Below, in pieces: positions 37,101 to 46,531 of a DNA stretch of 64,000 nt (its first letter is position 1; each line of letters opens with the position of its first letter). The stretch comes from Giardia intestinalis (taxonomy: Eukaryota). Where the stretch lies: assembly GCA_000002435.2 (NCBI GenBank), contig CM018791.1; one strand, given 5' to 3'. A program made the position numbers and the translations under genes. The notes beneath the pieces were generated by a model, which did no database searches, had not been told where the DNA came from, and saw only the letters and a program-made list of their open reading frames with translations.

Positions 37101-38443
37101 ATGGTAGGATTAATTTCTTGATCATAGGTAAGGTCTTCAGCTGAGACCGGTTGGGAAGTCGCCATAGATTCGAAATTGTCTACTTTAACTACAGGCTTAG
37201 ACAGAGAGTTATTAGTGCTACTGTCAATACGCGGGGCTTGAGATGGTGTAGCTACTTCAATATGCTGGCGGACCACGGGTCCTGAACTCTGATCCATAGC
37301 ACCTGGTTCGGGACCAGAGTAGACGCCAGGGTTGGGCGGCATTGAGTAATATGGCCAGTAAGGAGGAGCTGGACACGACGGGGCCGCAGCGATGTTGGGT
37401 GCACTGGGCATGGTGCCATGAGGCTGTAGTGGCATATGGGATGGAATAAAAGGGTGGACAGGAGCTGCCATTTGTTGGCGTCTCGTCAAGTCTTCAAGGT
37501 CTGCTATCCGTCTGAGCAACAGCTGGATAGCTTGCGCTTGCGCCTGCTCCCTCTGATCAGACTGTGCTCTTTCACTTTGGAGGACTGTCGCAAAGTGTGC
37601 GTATTGGGAGAGCTCTTTTTCCTTTTGTGATAAGTGCTCTAAGTTCAGTATGGATTGAGTGAATGTTTGCGACAGGTGTGCGTTTCTAGCCGCGATTTCT
37701 AATAGCTTCTCTTTGTCTTTACGCCGCTTCGAGGAGGATCGGATCTTCTTTGTGCGTTTAGGTTTTAAGAGCTCGGCAAAGATCTCTGCAGAATTGGTAG
37801 GGACATTGTGTACTTTTTCGTCTGAAATGCCACTGGAGGACGTTCTCTTCTTTCCTTCAGTGCCATTCGAAACAGGTGCATTGGTTGTAGTCGGAGCTGG
37901 GGACGTGGTAGTGTTCAGGTGGGAAGGAGGTAATGTGGAATATACGCTGCTGCTATTACTAGGAGCAGACGGCGGGAGTGCGCTGGGAATAGATACAACT
38001 GGGCACGGTATATCGACCGAAGAGTCCCTAGGAACTGACTTACTGAGATGCAGGATTGTCTCCATCACATGAGGGGCCTCTGGCTCTGAGGACGGCACGG
38101 ATGGGGGTGACGGAGCAAAGTTCATGGGCTCTGGAGGGCGGGACCTGTTTTCTGGCTCCAACAGGCCTGCTGCCGCCATTGCACGCTTGTTATCTGCTAT
38201 TGCTTCTGCCATATACCGCTGCAAAATATCGTCATTTTTCTGCTTGACTAGTTCAAAATACGATGTGTTGTGGACATCAGAACGCGAAGGCTTTGATTCG
38301 TGGGCTCTTGTGTATGCAGGTGGGAAATTTACCAGGGAGCTGGCGGGAGGAAGCTCTATGTCTACGGGGCGCCGCGTCAGATTGTGGGCGCTGTAGTATA
38401 TTCCGGCCGTCCCCGCTGGTCTAAGAAGTATGCGAGGCTGCAT
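34130..38443 (-). CDS. large low-complexity/disordered protein (1437 aa), hypothetical
   Basis: ATG verified at 38441-38443. Ser/Pro/Thr-rich throughout, with an acidic C-terminus (DGSEFEDL). Confidence 0.5.
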   Translation of the reverse strand: MQPRILLRPAGTAGIYYSAHNLTRRPVDIELPPASSLVNFPPAYTRAHESKPSRSDVHNTSYFELVKQKNDDILQRYMAEAIADNKRAMAAAGLLEPENRSRPPEPMNFAPSPPSVPSSEPEAPHVMETILHLSKSVPRDSSVDIPCPVVSIPSALPPSAPSNSSSVYSTLPPSHLNTTTSPAPTTTNAPVSNGTEGKKRTSSSGISDEKVHNVPTNSAEIFAELLKPKRTKKIRSSSKRRKDKEKLLEIAARNAHLSQTFTQSILNLEHLSQKEKELSQYAHFATVLQSERAQSDQREQAQAQAIQLLLRRIADLEDLTRRQQMAAPVHPFIPSHMPLQPHGTMPSAPNIAAAPSCPAPPYWPYYSMPPNPGVYSGPEPGAMDQSSGPVVRQHIEVATPSQAPRIDSSTNNSLSKPVVKVDNFESMATSQPVSAEDLTYDQEINPTISKFLTTDDYTDDEAGHRRTRFRAKVFTTIPPDPPPLPVDDRYSEATVIPRISNREALRAESPDFSPPIVQSFNIIRLPPRPVKKATKETPTFISDNPVGASHNNIRAAEFAMPSPIDKSISVSTDKDPSFQFPRATVTTNFPSNIPKDLMPIKSAEVTSEHSGTKIGCSQGTANEASSNTTTQNILHESLHEKTWPSSDSISRLIEQTEETLTAGISFKLSSDQCANSSNHAHDNLKLSYPTDEHGPAPISSGSSLESNPLAPNLEYDTKISYPHEQLREADSPHALQLSYDREPTRDDSASASRNQKGRRIKFMDCSTSSSGALSSASKASTVSVEVIEYEEEEYKNAFKAVQNSNPTGLHTTLQDSSSSLDAQGCAFLQPRLGSNLNITGVSPAFPSSLSPRSFGQKSSAAKSGKSGTSDILNEPSMDKVANPSEISSSLLEPQGTNAGPKTHPHDTAHQAALPQNNESRSSGDIVSDFADLELEIQQESATSGPNQSLGAMNSLIESVSNQASMFKRSLEEALRRSHDASLIVDGVSTLSEQEQVLRRPPSQDNHLDPEDYELDFSADKRASSLSETFDRRSRTSDVCSAKAPLTATALLSTIQKGLSAMSFSSRHSLNSGQNSLLTHSTESPRDYKLFLPNDSSIIGYQPEFVPPEDEYMVEDPELFPSHCLEDIEGSVPSTQNQDQIVTQGDIHDDIDLDTSQDGCSEDRSAHNEDYISGVDVPYVSLETAGSSSCANELPESSTKEAVVFNMKLHGVGASASLASSLSVPSPKRTLILNQNQGPPHGLGFGAGQRKVYGATSSMPTLPIVQTQSDRASSSDDFNVASLSSKTESTSPLKPTQVSKASFTFLPQNRFPGGAGPVNPVASESEPSPEESCGVATRPPAIPQQAVATTDSNAPKHMQPNLDEELDTIPDLDLLGSMSYIPDLNSTSISEEKLLKDRSSGSSRAQTRFSVNVDIDGADNFYELDIDLGEDGSEFEDL

Positions 38444-38566
38444 GGAAAGGAGAGCTTCCTGGCGGGTTGAGTGAAAAGCACGAGGGTTTAAAAGTTAGTC
38501 TAAAAATTGATTCACGCAACCGAGTTAATTAATTAAAGAGCACAACTGCTTGGAGCTTGGGGCCCA

Positions 38567-40255
38567 ATGGACGAGAATGAAGATCAGATAGCTATTGAAA
38601 AAGCAACCTTTGGAACGCTGCACATCACTAAGCAGGCCAAGGCCATAAGGAGAAAGGATCTGTCCGTGCTGAGCACAAGTGAAAAGACAGGGGTCTTCGC
38701 CGCTGATGGAGAGTCTACCAACATTAGTCAAAAAGACCTCAAGCGCCTCCTTCCAGAACAGGCAGCCAGGAACATCTTCGAGCTCCGCCAGCCCTCGGGC
38801 CCTTATATTGGCAGGTACGACCGGATTGGAGCGCACATGTTGCTAGCCGGTTACCGCGGCCATCTGGCCATCATTCGAATGGCCGACAAGCACCTTTTAT
38901 CAGAGGTACATTTAGACAACGATATCATAATGGACGCCAAGTTTCTACATAACTGTACCATGTACGCTGTTGCGCGAAGTCGAGAAATCACTCTCTTTGA
39001 TGACAGAGGGATAGAGGTCCACAACATCAATCGGCCTCGCCCTACATTCGTAGATTTTCTTCCTCATCACTGGCTACTCACCAGTGTTTGCCAGGGCGGC
39101 CAGCTGCACTATCTCGACATATCTACTGGCAGCCTAGTGGCCCAGCTCCAAACACCCTTTACCAGTCCGTCTTCTCTAACGCACAATCCGCGGGATGCGC
39201 TCGTTTCCGTCAGTTCCACAACAACTGGGATCGTCAACCTCTACTCTCCCAATCTCGTTGATAAGCCAGTAATGTCCATCAACTGCAGCAACGTTGGAAT
39301 CTCCCGGCATTGCTTTTCCATGACCAGCCCACATATGTTGGTTGCGAACACGGACGGTTTGCTTAAGATATTTGATATGCGCAATTATGGCAGCGAACTC
39401 GCAGCTTTCTCTTTGCTCAATCGCACCCTGACAGATCTTTCTATTTCTCAATCCGGGGTAGTATGCGCAGCGTCAGCTCGCAGCGCCGACTTCTATAAGC
39501 TTTCAGATTTACTAGCATTTAGTTACGATTCGATCAGTCGACTGAGACAGCAGAATGACAACCTCCTCAGTGTGCTTGAGCGCAAGGCAACGGGGGACTC
39601 ACACTGCAGCTTGGCCAAGCTCGATCTGCTGTATATGTCACACAAATATGACGGCAGTGCATTCTCGTCTCACGACCACTCTCACGCCATCCAGCGCAAG
39701 GTTGTCCGGGGTGGCCGAACAGGCTCTGCCGGTGGTGCCAATGGCAGGCGCAGCGGTAATAGCAACTCCATTGTCAGCTGTGAGTTTAGACCATACTATG
39801 ATGATTGTGTTCTCGGCCTGACATCTGGGATCCAGTCGATTATTATCCCTGGCTCTGGGAGTGTGGACTATGACTTCCAGACTGTCAACTTGTTCGAAGG
39901 CAGCAAGCAGCGAAACAACGCAACAGTCCACAAGCTGATTGACAAGATACCATATACGCTTATAGGCAACAGAGACATTCTGACCAGCGTTCATCGTCCT
40001 ACCGACGAGGAGTGGATAAAAATAAAGTATGGTCTCATCAATGAAGCCCTCAGCAACAAGATCATCAGGCATAAGAAGAAGCGCTCTCTTAGAGCCAAGC
40101 TCAACGAGAGAGACTCGATGAAGAGAGTTGCCGAGGAAGTTGAAAAGCGCCTTAACGACATGAAGTGTGCACGTGCTGGTCAGTTGAGCGTGAAGAAGTC
40201 ATACGCTGGCATGCCTGTTCTGGAGCGATTCCGGATAGACGACCGTAAGAAATAA
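38567..40255 (+). CDS. UTP7: U3 snoRNP/SSU processome WD-repeat protein UTP7 (WDR46/BING4) homolog
   Basis: ATG verified at 38567. LLAGYRGHLAIIRMADKHLLSEVHL...AKFLHN..MYAVA..REITLFDDRGIEVHNI...FLPHHWLLTS...LHYLDISTG..VAQL...NPRDALV...TGIVNLYSP...LKIFDMRNYG and the later PYYDDCVLGLTSGIQSIIIPGSG are colinear with human WDR46 (LLLGGRKGHLAAFDW...[29 protein letters not shown]...FLPYHFLLAT...LTYLDVSVGKIVAAL...LKIFDLRGTY...[23 protein letters not shown]). Confidence 0.7.
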   Translation: MDENEDQIAIEKATFGTLHITKQAKAIRRKDLSVLSTSEKTGVFAADGESTNISQKDLKRLLPEQAARNIFELRQPSGPYIGRYDRIGAHMLLAGYRGHLAIIRMADKHLLSEVHLDNDIIMDAKFLHNCTMYAVARSREITLFDDRGIEVHNINRPRPTFVDFLPHHWLLTSVCQGGQLHYLDISTGSLVAQLQTPFTSPSSLTHNPRDALVSVSSTTTGIVNLYSPNLVDKPVMSINCSNVGISRHCFSMTSPHMLVANTDGLLKIFDMRNYGSELAAFSLLNRTLTDLSISQSGVVCAASARSADFYKLSDLLAFSYDSISRLRQQNDNLLSVLERKATGDSHCSLAKLDLLYMSHKYDGSAFSSHDHSHAIQRKVVRGGRTGSAGGANGRRSGNSNSIVSCEFRPYYDDCVLGLTSGIQSIIIPGSGSVDYDFQTVNLFEGSKQRNNATVHKLIDKIPYTLIGNRDILTSVHRPTDEEWIKIKYGLINEALSNKIIRHKKKRSLRAKLNERDSMKRVAEEVEKRLNDMKCARAGQLSVKKSYAGMPVLERFRIDDRKK

Positions 40256-40275
40256 TTCACTGCTGTTAGTTCCAT

Positions 40276-41838
40276 TCAGTCCTGAAGTTCCTTATGGATC
40301 CTCTCTGCGGTGGCCTCAGAAATAAATCCCATAAGAACGTCTAGTCCATCCTTGCGCATCAGACATACTCCCAGGCGCTCGCTAATGGCAGGTCCAAAGC
40401 ACTCAATCACCCCATCTGTATACTGTATACATGTTATACCGTTATATAGAGCTGATGCTGACCTGATAGTCACGTGTGGAATTCGTTTGACAGACCGCAC
40501 TGCAGTGTGTAGAGGATTATAATATGCATTCTGACTTAAGGCCGTGCCTGGCGCGATAGTGGAGACAGCCGAACATGACTCGAGTAACCGTTGAATCTCT
40601 GAAGCAAGTGCATGGTGTGCCATGAATTGTACGACTAAGAGTGTTCCGTTTGTCATATGCATAAGTACATTCTTGTCTGCAGAGTGTGATGAAAACGAAA
40701 TGCTATGAATGGAGAGGACGGCAATCCCATCTGCGAGTGATCCAATTGTAACCGGGCAAACGGAGATTTCACAGTTTAGGTCGTCATACACCCAAGAATA
40801 GAGCGAGCCGTCATCGCCTAGGCCAATAACTGTAATATTCTTGGCCACTCTGTGCGCTACGCGCCATAGGATTTTGCTTGGGGGCGGAGAGAAGTTGTCT
40901 GAGGGCTTATATGGGACCTCGTAGAATCCCTCTAGGAATGGAACGGTGAGAATAGATATGTCGTTACTTGCATACGGTCTTTTTGGTTGAGTCGTGTCCT
41001 TCCCCATGTGGCTAATGCGCCGGGAGAACAAGACGATTCTTGGGGGTATATCGTTTTCACTTGGCACTAAAATAAAGTCGACTGGCATACGCTGCTGCGC
41101 GCCCGATCTCCCAGTGTAGATGTGTGTAACTGTAAGAGACAAATCACACGAGATAAGAAGAAATTGGTACATAAGGACTCTATTCAATGGATAGTAAACC
41201 TCCTCTTCTAAAGGATACGACTCCTCAAGCTCTTCCTCGAGAAGCTTTACGGCTATGAGTGCTACAAAGCCCCCAGGAAATGGCACGCACTGCTCCATCA
41301 GAAACCCCATCCTAGTCTCGCGAGTCCCCCGAGTGATGAGCTTCTCCTTCATCATATTTAAATTCCTCAGGATGGATTTGTTGCGTACCTGTGCAGTCTG
41401 CGCAGGCAGATCTTCCATGTCGCTACTCTTGGCCTGACCAGTCAAGGCAATGGTCATGAGAGACTCAGCCAAGGTAACTCCGCCCTGATCAAACCCGTGA
41501 TTGGTCAGGAGAGACGGCATCTGGACTCCTCTGGTGATAGACTCGGTAGCATGGTATGTGGAGGTTCCTCGAGAAACAAACTGTTGCAGCGTTCTGACAA
41601 ATTGTTCCTTGCAGATTCCTTCAATGCACTTCTTGCGATAGTCCATGGGGGGCTGTGAGAAGGCTATCGTTCCTTGTGAGATGGTGATATTTGATGGGGC
41701 CGTATATGCATTGCCCTTGAGCTCGAGAGCCTGGTACGCCTCCTTTAAAGTCTGCTGTGGACTATCTTGCTCAGAAGATGGATCAAAATCAGACTGATAG
41801 CTCAGGAAGTCGTCTTCATACTCATTTTCGCCACTCAT
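40276..41838 (-). CDS. hypothetical protein (520 aa)
   Basis: ATG verified at 41836-41838 (aattaatATG). Shares a 16-bp AT-rich divergent spacer with the gene at 41855. Confidence 0.55.
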   Translation of the reverse strand: MSGENEYEDDFLSYQSDFDPSSEQDSPQQTLKEAYQALELKGNAYTAPSNITISQGTIAFSQPPMDYRKKCIEGICKEQFVRTLQQFVSRGTSTYHATESITRGVQMPSLLTNHGFDQGGVTLAESLMTIALTGQAKSSDMEDLPAQTAQVRNKSILRNLNMMKEKLITRGTRETRMGFLMEQCVPFPGGFVALIAVKLLEEELEESYPLEEEVYYPLNRVLMYQFLLISCDLSLTVTHIYTGRSGAQQRMPVDFILVPSENDIPPRIVLFSRRISHMGKDTTQPKRPYASNDISILTVPFLEGFYEVPYKPSDNFSPPPSKILWRVAHRVAKNITVIGLGDDGSLYSWVYDDLNCEISVCPVTIGSLADGIAVLSIHSISFSSHSADKNVLMHMTNGTLLVVQFMAHHALASEIQRLLESCSAVSTIAPGTALSQNAYYNPLHTAVRSVKRIPHVTIRSASALYNGITCIQYTDGVIECFGPAISERLGVCLMRKDGLDVLMGFISEATAERIHKELQD

Positions 41839-41854
41839 TAATTAAAATCTTCCC
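41839..41854. promoter_or_regulatory. 16-bp AT-rich bidirectional promoter spacer (taattaaaatcttccc)
   Basis: Divergent ATG codons at 41838 (minus) and 41855 (plus) are separated by only this tract. Confidence 0.35.
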
Positions 41855-42895
41855 ATGTTCTGGATTCTCCTCATCGCTGCTACGCTCTCAGACCTCATCC
41901 AATATTCATACGCTGACCTAGACCGTCTTCCAGACAATGCAATTGCTGTCATCCACGACTCTTTCTTTACCAAGCGCGAAGCCCAGCTTGATATTGAAAG
42001 AATTGCAGAGGCATTTGGAACTGTTTATGTGATGGATAAGCAAAGCAAGCACAATCTCGAAAGCTTTCTTGAGAGAAAAGACGGCAAGCCCCTGTACGAA
42101 CCCATCCTGTTATATAGGAATGACGCCGCAGGCGGGATCGAACCCATGGACGATCAGTTCTCCTATGCTAATGCATTAGATTTTGTCATTCTTAAATCAA
42201 CGACCCCAGATCCGGATCTTTTGTTACCTTTCATTTCAACAACGGACATAGAGGAGAAGGCCAGAGAAATCGACAGGCTCCAAGGCAACATAACCAGAAG
42301 GCACATTAAGCTCGTTAAGGAGGGGAAGATGTCTGAAGAGCACATTGCATTGTTTACACCGCCGCAACTTTTCTTCTTTGAAGGCAGCGACTGCGAACCG
42401 TGCGCTGTTCTCAAGTATCAGTACATGCAGTATGTCACCAGAAACTCTAAGAACGTGGTGGGGTACCTGGTGAACTGCGACACCCATGCGGACTTCTGCA
42501 GGGCCCGCAACATCACGGGGATTCCCGCTCTGCGGATGTATGCAAAGAAGCAATGGTTTGCGTACAAGCCTAGTATGGATACAGGATACTCGATTGATCG
42601 CTTCGTTAAAGACAATGCAGTTAAAGAAGAGGACATAGCCTATGCTCGGGAGGTCTTCAATGTCTCAGCCACCGTCAAAGCAGACACTAAGGACGAGACT
42701 AATGAAACCAGAAGCACATCCGGAGAGGAAGTGAAAGAGGAGGAGCCACAAAGTACGAAAGTACAGAGGAAGAAGCGTCCCATACCAGTGTACCGCAATA
42801 TTACAGACGTGGGCGGAGATGACCTACGTCGCAGTCTACAAAAGGCCAAGACTGCAAGGGAAACACTCAAGGACGATCTTAAAAGAGAGCTGTAA
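41855..42895 (+). CDS. thioredoxin-fold protein with N-terminal signal peptide and C-terminal KREL (putative ER retention)
   Basis: ATG verified at 41855. Signal-like MFWILLIAATLSDLIQYSYA. Trx/PDI-like FFEGSDCEPCAVLKYQY...VVGYLVNCDTHADFCRARNITGIPALRMY has a CXXC active site (CEPC). The protein ends ...LKREL. Confidence 0.7.
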   Translation: MFWILLIAATLSDLIQYSYADLDRLPDNAIAVIHDSFFTKREAQLDIERIAEAFGTVYVMDKQSKHNLESFLERKDGKPLYEPILLYRNDAAGGIEPMDDQFSYANALDFVILKSTTPDPDLLLPFISTTDIEEKAREIDRLQGNITRRHIKLVKEGKMSEEHIALFTPPQLFFFEGSDCEPCAVLKYQYMQYVTRNSKNVVGYLVNCDTHADFCRARNITGIPALRMYAKKQWFAYKPSMDTGYSIDRFVKDNAVKEEDIAYAREVFNVSATVKADTKDETNETRSTSGEEVKEEEPQSTKVQRKKRPIPVYRNITDVGGDDLRRSLQKAKTARETLKDDLKREL

Positions 42896-42962
42896 AGGTT
42901 CGCGGGGTGACCTAGTAGATAGTAAGCTAGGCGGACCTCCCGCTCGCACTAATTAGCGATAG

Positions 42963-43481
42963 TTAACTAGACTTATTAAACACATTGTTATAGCAAGCTA
43001 AGAGCCCAATATACCATAATCTGAAAAAGGCAGGTGGCTGGGTTTGCACTCGGACCTCACGTGGGGATCTATCTGCTATCAGTGCGCGGGGTGTTAGGCA
43101 TTGTATGTTATCAATTCCCTTGATGTCTTCCTCATCCTCCAGGCCAGACGGGAGGTCGCTTTTGTGTACACTCACCTGATTGTTTGTCTGCGTCTCGATT
43201 GACGAAAATGACGAAGCAGGGTTTGCATCCACAAGTTCATAGCAAAGCTCCAGACATGGCTCGATGCGGAGCTCAAGCGGAGAAATGAAGAGGCTATCTT
43301 CCGAGGAGGGCAGTATCGGGAAGCCAACGTTGTTATATCCGTAGGAGTAGTACAGGTCGCTCTCCACCGCTGTAAATCGCGTCACACACTGTCTATTCTT
43401 TTTCTTGAGTCTCAGTTCTCTGCATTCATTAAGCATAACACTCTGCGTCTCGTTGGGTGTGTCAGCATTTTCTGACGGCAT
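42963..43481 (-). CDS. small hypothetical protein (172 aa)
   Basis: ATG verified at 43479-43481 with aaaattaaATG context. Lies 14 bp from the divergent ATG at 43496. Confidence 0.4.
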   Translation of the reverse strand: MPSENADTPNETQSVMLNECRELRLKKKNRQCVTRFTAVESDLYYSYGYNNVGFPILPSSEDSLFISPLELRIEPCLELCYELVDANPASSFSSIETQTNNQVSVHKSDLPSGLEDEEDIKGIDNIQCLTPRALIADRSPREVRVQTQPPAFFRLWYIGLLACYNNVFNKSS

Positions 43482-43495
43482 TTAATTTTAGGCCC
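43482..43495. promoter_or_regulatory. 14-bp AT-rich bidirectional promoter spacer (tttaattttaggccc)
   Basis: Lies between the divergent ATG codons at 43481 (minus) and 43496 (plus). Confidence 0.3.
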
Positions 43496-45604
43496 ATGCA
43501 AAGTGGCAATTATACATATCTTGCTTTATTGCACAAGACAGAGCATGAAACGGCGGTTCTTGCGCAGCAACAGCTAGATAACGAGCATGTCAGGCTCATA
43601 AGATTGATCCCTTTCAGTGAAGAGATACTTTTGACTATGAAGCTGCTTGCGGAGCTGAAACAGCAAGACAGCATTCGTACCTATCAGACTATCTCTACGC
43701 TTGAGGGTAATGGGCTCATACGCACAACAGAGGAGTTTTTGAAGGAAGTTCCTCTATGTGAGCGAATACTCCCTTATATCTTACGTGAAGAGTCTATGCA
43801 TGCAGAAGATGTTAAGCAATTGGCTCGGGGAATTGCTGATGCCTTAACTAGATGCTGGGAGCAACTGTCTAAGCTGATTGTCGACAAGTCCAAATTGTCT
43901 TGTGTCCTGTTATCGTCACTGACTCTACACAACGTAACTATCGCACCCTCAACTAGTGATGGGGTCCCTACCGTTCGCTGTGTCCTAAAAGCGCCGGGCC
44001 TTTATTGCACACAAGTAGAAGATACCACAGCAGCACCAGCACTCATTTCTACCAGGTTTGGCAGGCTATTGTATTGTTTACTAACTACATCGGTATGCGA
44101 TTCTCTGCCAACAGAAGCGATGGTAGAGTCCTTAAAGTTGTGTATGAAGGGAACAGATCCTCTGTGGCAGAACCTTGCCAATCTTGCCATCGAATGTCTC
44201 ACCAGATCAGACATGCAGGTCTCAGAAATATGGCATCGCCTGCATGCGAGCCATGATGTCGTTGATCATCCTATAAGCACACTAGCCTCTAATTCACCTT
44301 CCTTCATGCTCTCTCCTCCCCTATCTCCACAGAGATCACCTTCACCGTTACCCCTTTCTCTTTCTGAACTACTCTTGGACAGGCAACAACACTATACGCC
44401 ACTTATGATCGCTATCATTTCCAATCAGCTACATACAGCACGAATAGTGTATAAAGACTTTCTGCACAAGCGAGATGCCCATAGAAACACAGCACTAATT
44501 CTGGCTGTGCTGTGCAATAACATACCTTTGGTTGAATTGCTAGCAGAGCATGAGCACGGCTGCACCAATTCAAATGGTGATACCGCACTACTAGTAGCCA
44601 TCACAAATGGGTTCTATGAATGCTGTCTCCCTCTTTTCCAATACGAGCTCTCAATACCGAATGACATCTCAGGGATTCTGCCACGACAAATGGCTTTTGA
44701 GGCCTGCCAATATTCTATTCTCGATGCTATTATCGCCTTTCAAGGGGTTCCTCGGGATTCAGAGGGATGCACTGCATTGATGCGAGCTGCTATGGATGGA
44801 TATCCGGTTGATGACTTAGTCGACAAGGAATTTGGGTGCACACATGACGCATCCAATGGGTACACAGCGCTGATGTTTGCTATCATCAATGGGAACAATG
44901 ATGCATGCAGAAAGCTAGCAAGATACGAGGCGCTGATTAAAGATAGCACCGGTAAGTCTCCATTAGAGCTCGCAATCCTATCGCATCAAGCAGCGTGTGC
45001 TCTTACACTTCTCCAGAGTAGTCAGAATCCGCTGTTTGATACCGGTGTTAACGCTGATTTGGTAGCTGCAATAACTGCTGAGCAGTGGGGCGTCGCCGAG
45101 AAGCTTTTAAGACAGCTGATTGGCAAACGATTGGTGTCAAGAGGTTCAAAGCGTCGTCAATCTCAACAGAAGAATACTGTTTGTAACATAATCGAGATAG
45201 ATGGTGAAGGCAATACAGAGCTCATGAGATACTTTGCTACAGAGCTTATTACTAACATCGAAAGTAGGAGGAGTTACTGGCAAGCACTAATCCCCACTCA
45301 AGCAGGACATGTGAATAAGGCAGGAGAGACTGCTCTTCACATTGCAATTCGGAGGGGACTCGTGTCGGCTATTTCGCTGCTTGTTCCCTACGAGATGCAC
45401 ATTAGAGACAAATACGGATGTCTTCCACTTAGACAGGCTGTCAGCCTCCGTAACGAAAGTGCCGTCACAGCCATTTTGGATACCTTGCACCTTTTTCGAG
45501 ACACAAATCAACGACTGCACATCATCAAACTTCTAGAGCACAGGGACTGGGAAGCGCTAACATGCTTCTTTGAAGACTTTCCAGATACCAGCGCTCTCCT
45601 CTAA
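43496..45604 (+). CDS. ankyrin-repeat protein with degenerate N-terminal NEK-like kinase remnant (protein 21.1 / NEK-ankyrin type)
   Basis: Track start 43457 is GTG; ATG at 43496 (MQSGNYTYL) after tttaattttaggccc. Contains more than 10 ankyrin repeats (TALILAVLCNNIPLVELL, DTALLVAITNGFYECCL, CTALMRAAMDGY, YTALMFAIINGNNDACRKL, ETALHIAIRRGLVSAISLL). The N-terminal ~250 aa have kinase-like spacing but no catalytic motifs. Confidence 0.7.
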   Translation: MQSGNYTYLALLHKTEHETAVLAQQQLDNEHVRLIRLIPFSEEILLTMKLLAELKQQDSIRTYQTISTLEGNGLIRTTEEFLKEVPLCERILPYILREESMHAEDVKQLARGIADALTRCWEQLSKLIVDKSKLSCVLLSSLTLHNVTIAPSTSDGVPTVRCVLKAPGLYCTQVEDTTAAPALISTRFGRLLYCLLTTSVCDSLPTEAMVESLKLCMKGTDPLWQNLANLAIECLTRSDMQVSEIWHRLHASHDVVDHPISTLASNSPSFMLSPPLSPQRSPSPLPLSLSELLLDRQQHYTPLMIAIISNQLHTARIVYKDFLHKRDAHRNTALILAVLCNNIPLVELLAEHEHGCTNSNGDTALLVAITNGFYECCLPLFQYELSIPNDISGILPRQMAFEACQYSILDAIIAFQGVPRDSEGCTALMRAAMDGYPVDDLVDKEFGCTHDASNGYTALMFAIINGNNDACRKLARYEALIKDSTGKSPLELAILSHQAACALTLLQSSQNPLFDTGVNADLVAAITAEQWGVAEKLLRQLIGKRLVSRGSKRRQSQQKNTVCNIIEIDGEGNTELMRYFATELITNIESRRSYWQALIPTQAGHVNKAGETALHIAIRRGLVSAISLLVPYEMHIRDKYGCLPLRQAVSLRNESAVTAILDTLHLFRDTNQRLHIIKLLEHRDWEALTCFFEDFPDTSALL

Positions 45605-45622
45605 CCAATCAATAACACCCAT

Positions 45623-46486
45623 TTACATACGACTCTGGACACGCTCGTCAGAGAGGAGGTCAGAGATCTGGGGCCTCTTATGGAGATCCGCTGAAAGCAT
45701 GCGACTCACCAGATCCACAACATCCGGACTGTATCCCAATAGCTGCAGTGGCATTTCAGTGGTTGTTATCTCTTTCAAAGCAAACTTCGGCGTTACAGCC
45801 TCGACATACTTCATACCTGTGCACATCTCATACAGAGTGCAGCCTATGCCCCAGACGTCGACACGTCCATCCCACGGCTTGTTCTCAATCGTTTCAGGCG
45901 CCATATAGGTAACATTTCTGTTCTTGGGTGTGCTATCAGGGGTCTCTGGAGGATTCAAGCCAGTCTCCTGCATCTCTACGCAATGACTGAACCCGGTGAG
46001 GACATAGTTGCCATCTTTATCAATTAGAACATTACTTGGTTGAATGTTTTTGTGAGCAATCGGCTTAAGAGTAGAGTTGTCCTTGGCATGAGATGAGTGC
46101 AGATATGCCACTGCCAAGATAAGACAGATTGCGCATCGCCAGACAGATTCTTCAGGAATAAACTGGCTGGCTTCCTTACACCTCTGGATATAGGTCAGAA
46201 GGTCACGGTCGCTATAGTAGCGCGTAATTTGAATCATGATGTGCTCTCCGTCGTCCATGGGGGACTTCATTGCATGGATAATATTGTGGTGTTTCAGCTC
46301 CAGTCCAATACGGCGAGCCAGTCTGAGGGATTGCCTCATCTCAGTGGAAATGTCAGCGAGCGATATACACTTTGCGACCACCTCTTCTCCGTCAGCCTTG
46401 TTGCGTACGAGATAAACATACGCATATGGCCCCGCATTGACTTGGCGGACCATTTCGTAGTTATGCGGTAAGATGTGCGCGGTCAT
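45623..46486 (-). CDS. NEK-like pseudokinase (kinase domain only, 287 aa)
   Basis: ATG verified at 46484-46486. Kinase fold is intact: VVAKCI with the Lys present, YLHSSH, APE-like YMAPETI, and DVWGIGCTLYEM. The catalytic loop reads HKNIQPSN (HRD Asp replaced by Asn, Lys replaced by Gln). DFG is replaced by TGF/GFS and the Gly-loop is weak (NAGPYAY). These changes predict a catalytically dead kinase. Confidence 0.75.
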   Translation of the reverse strand: MTAHILPHNYEMVRQVNAGPYAYVYLVRNKADGEEVVAKCISLADISTEMRQSLRLARRIGLELKHHNIIHAMKSPMDDGEHIMIQITRYYSDRDLLTYIQRCKEASQFIPEESVWRCAICLILAVAYLHSSHAKDNSTLKPIAHKNIQPSNVLIDKDGNYVLTGFSHCVEMQETGLNPPETPDSTPKNRNVTYMAPETIENKPWDGRVDVWGIGCTLYEMCTGMKYVEAVTPKFALKEITTTEMPLQLLGYSPDVVDLVSRMLSADLHKRPQISDLLSDERVQSRM

Positions 46487-46531
46487 ACTCCCGATGATCT
46501 TTTTCAGCGCTCATTATAATTTCACTATAAC

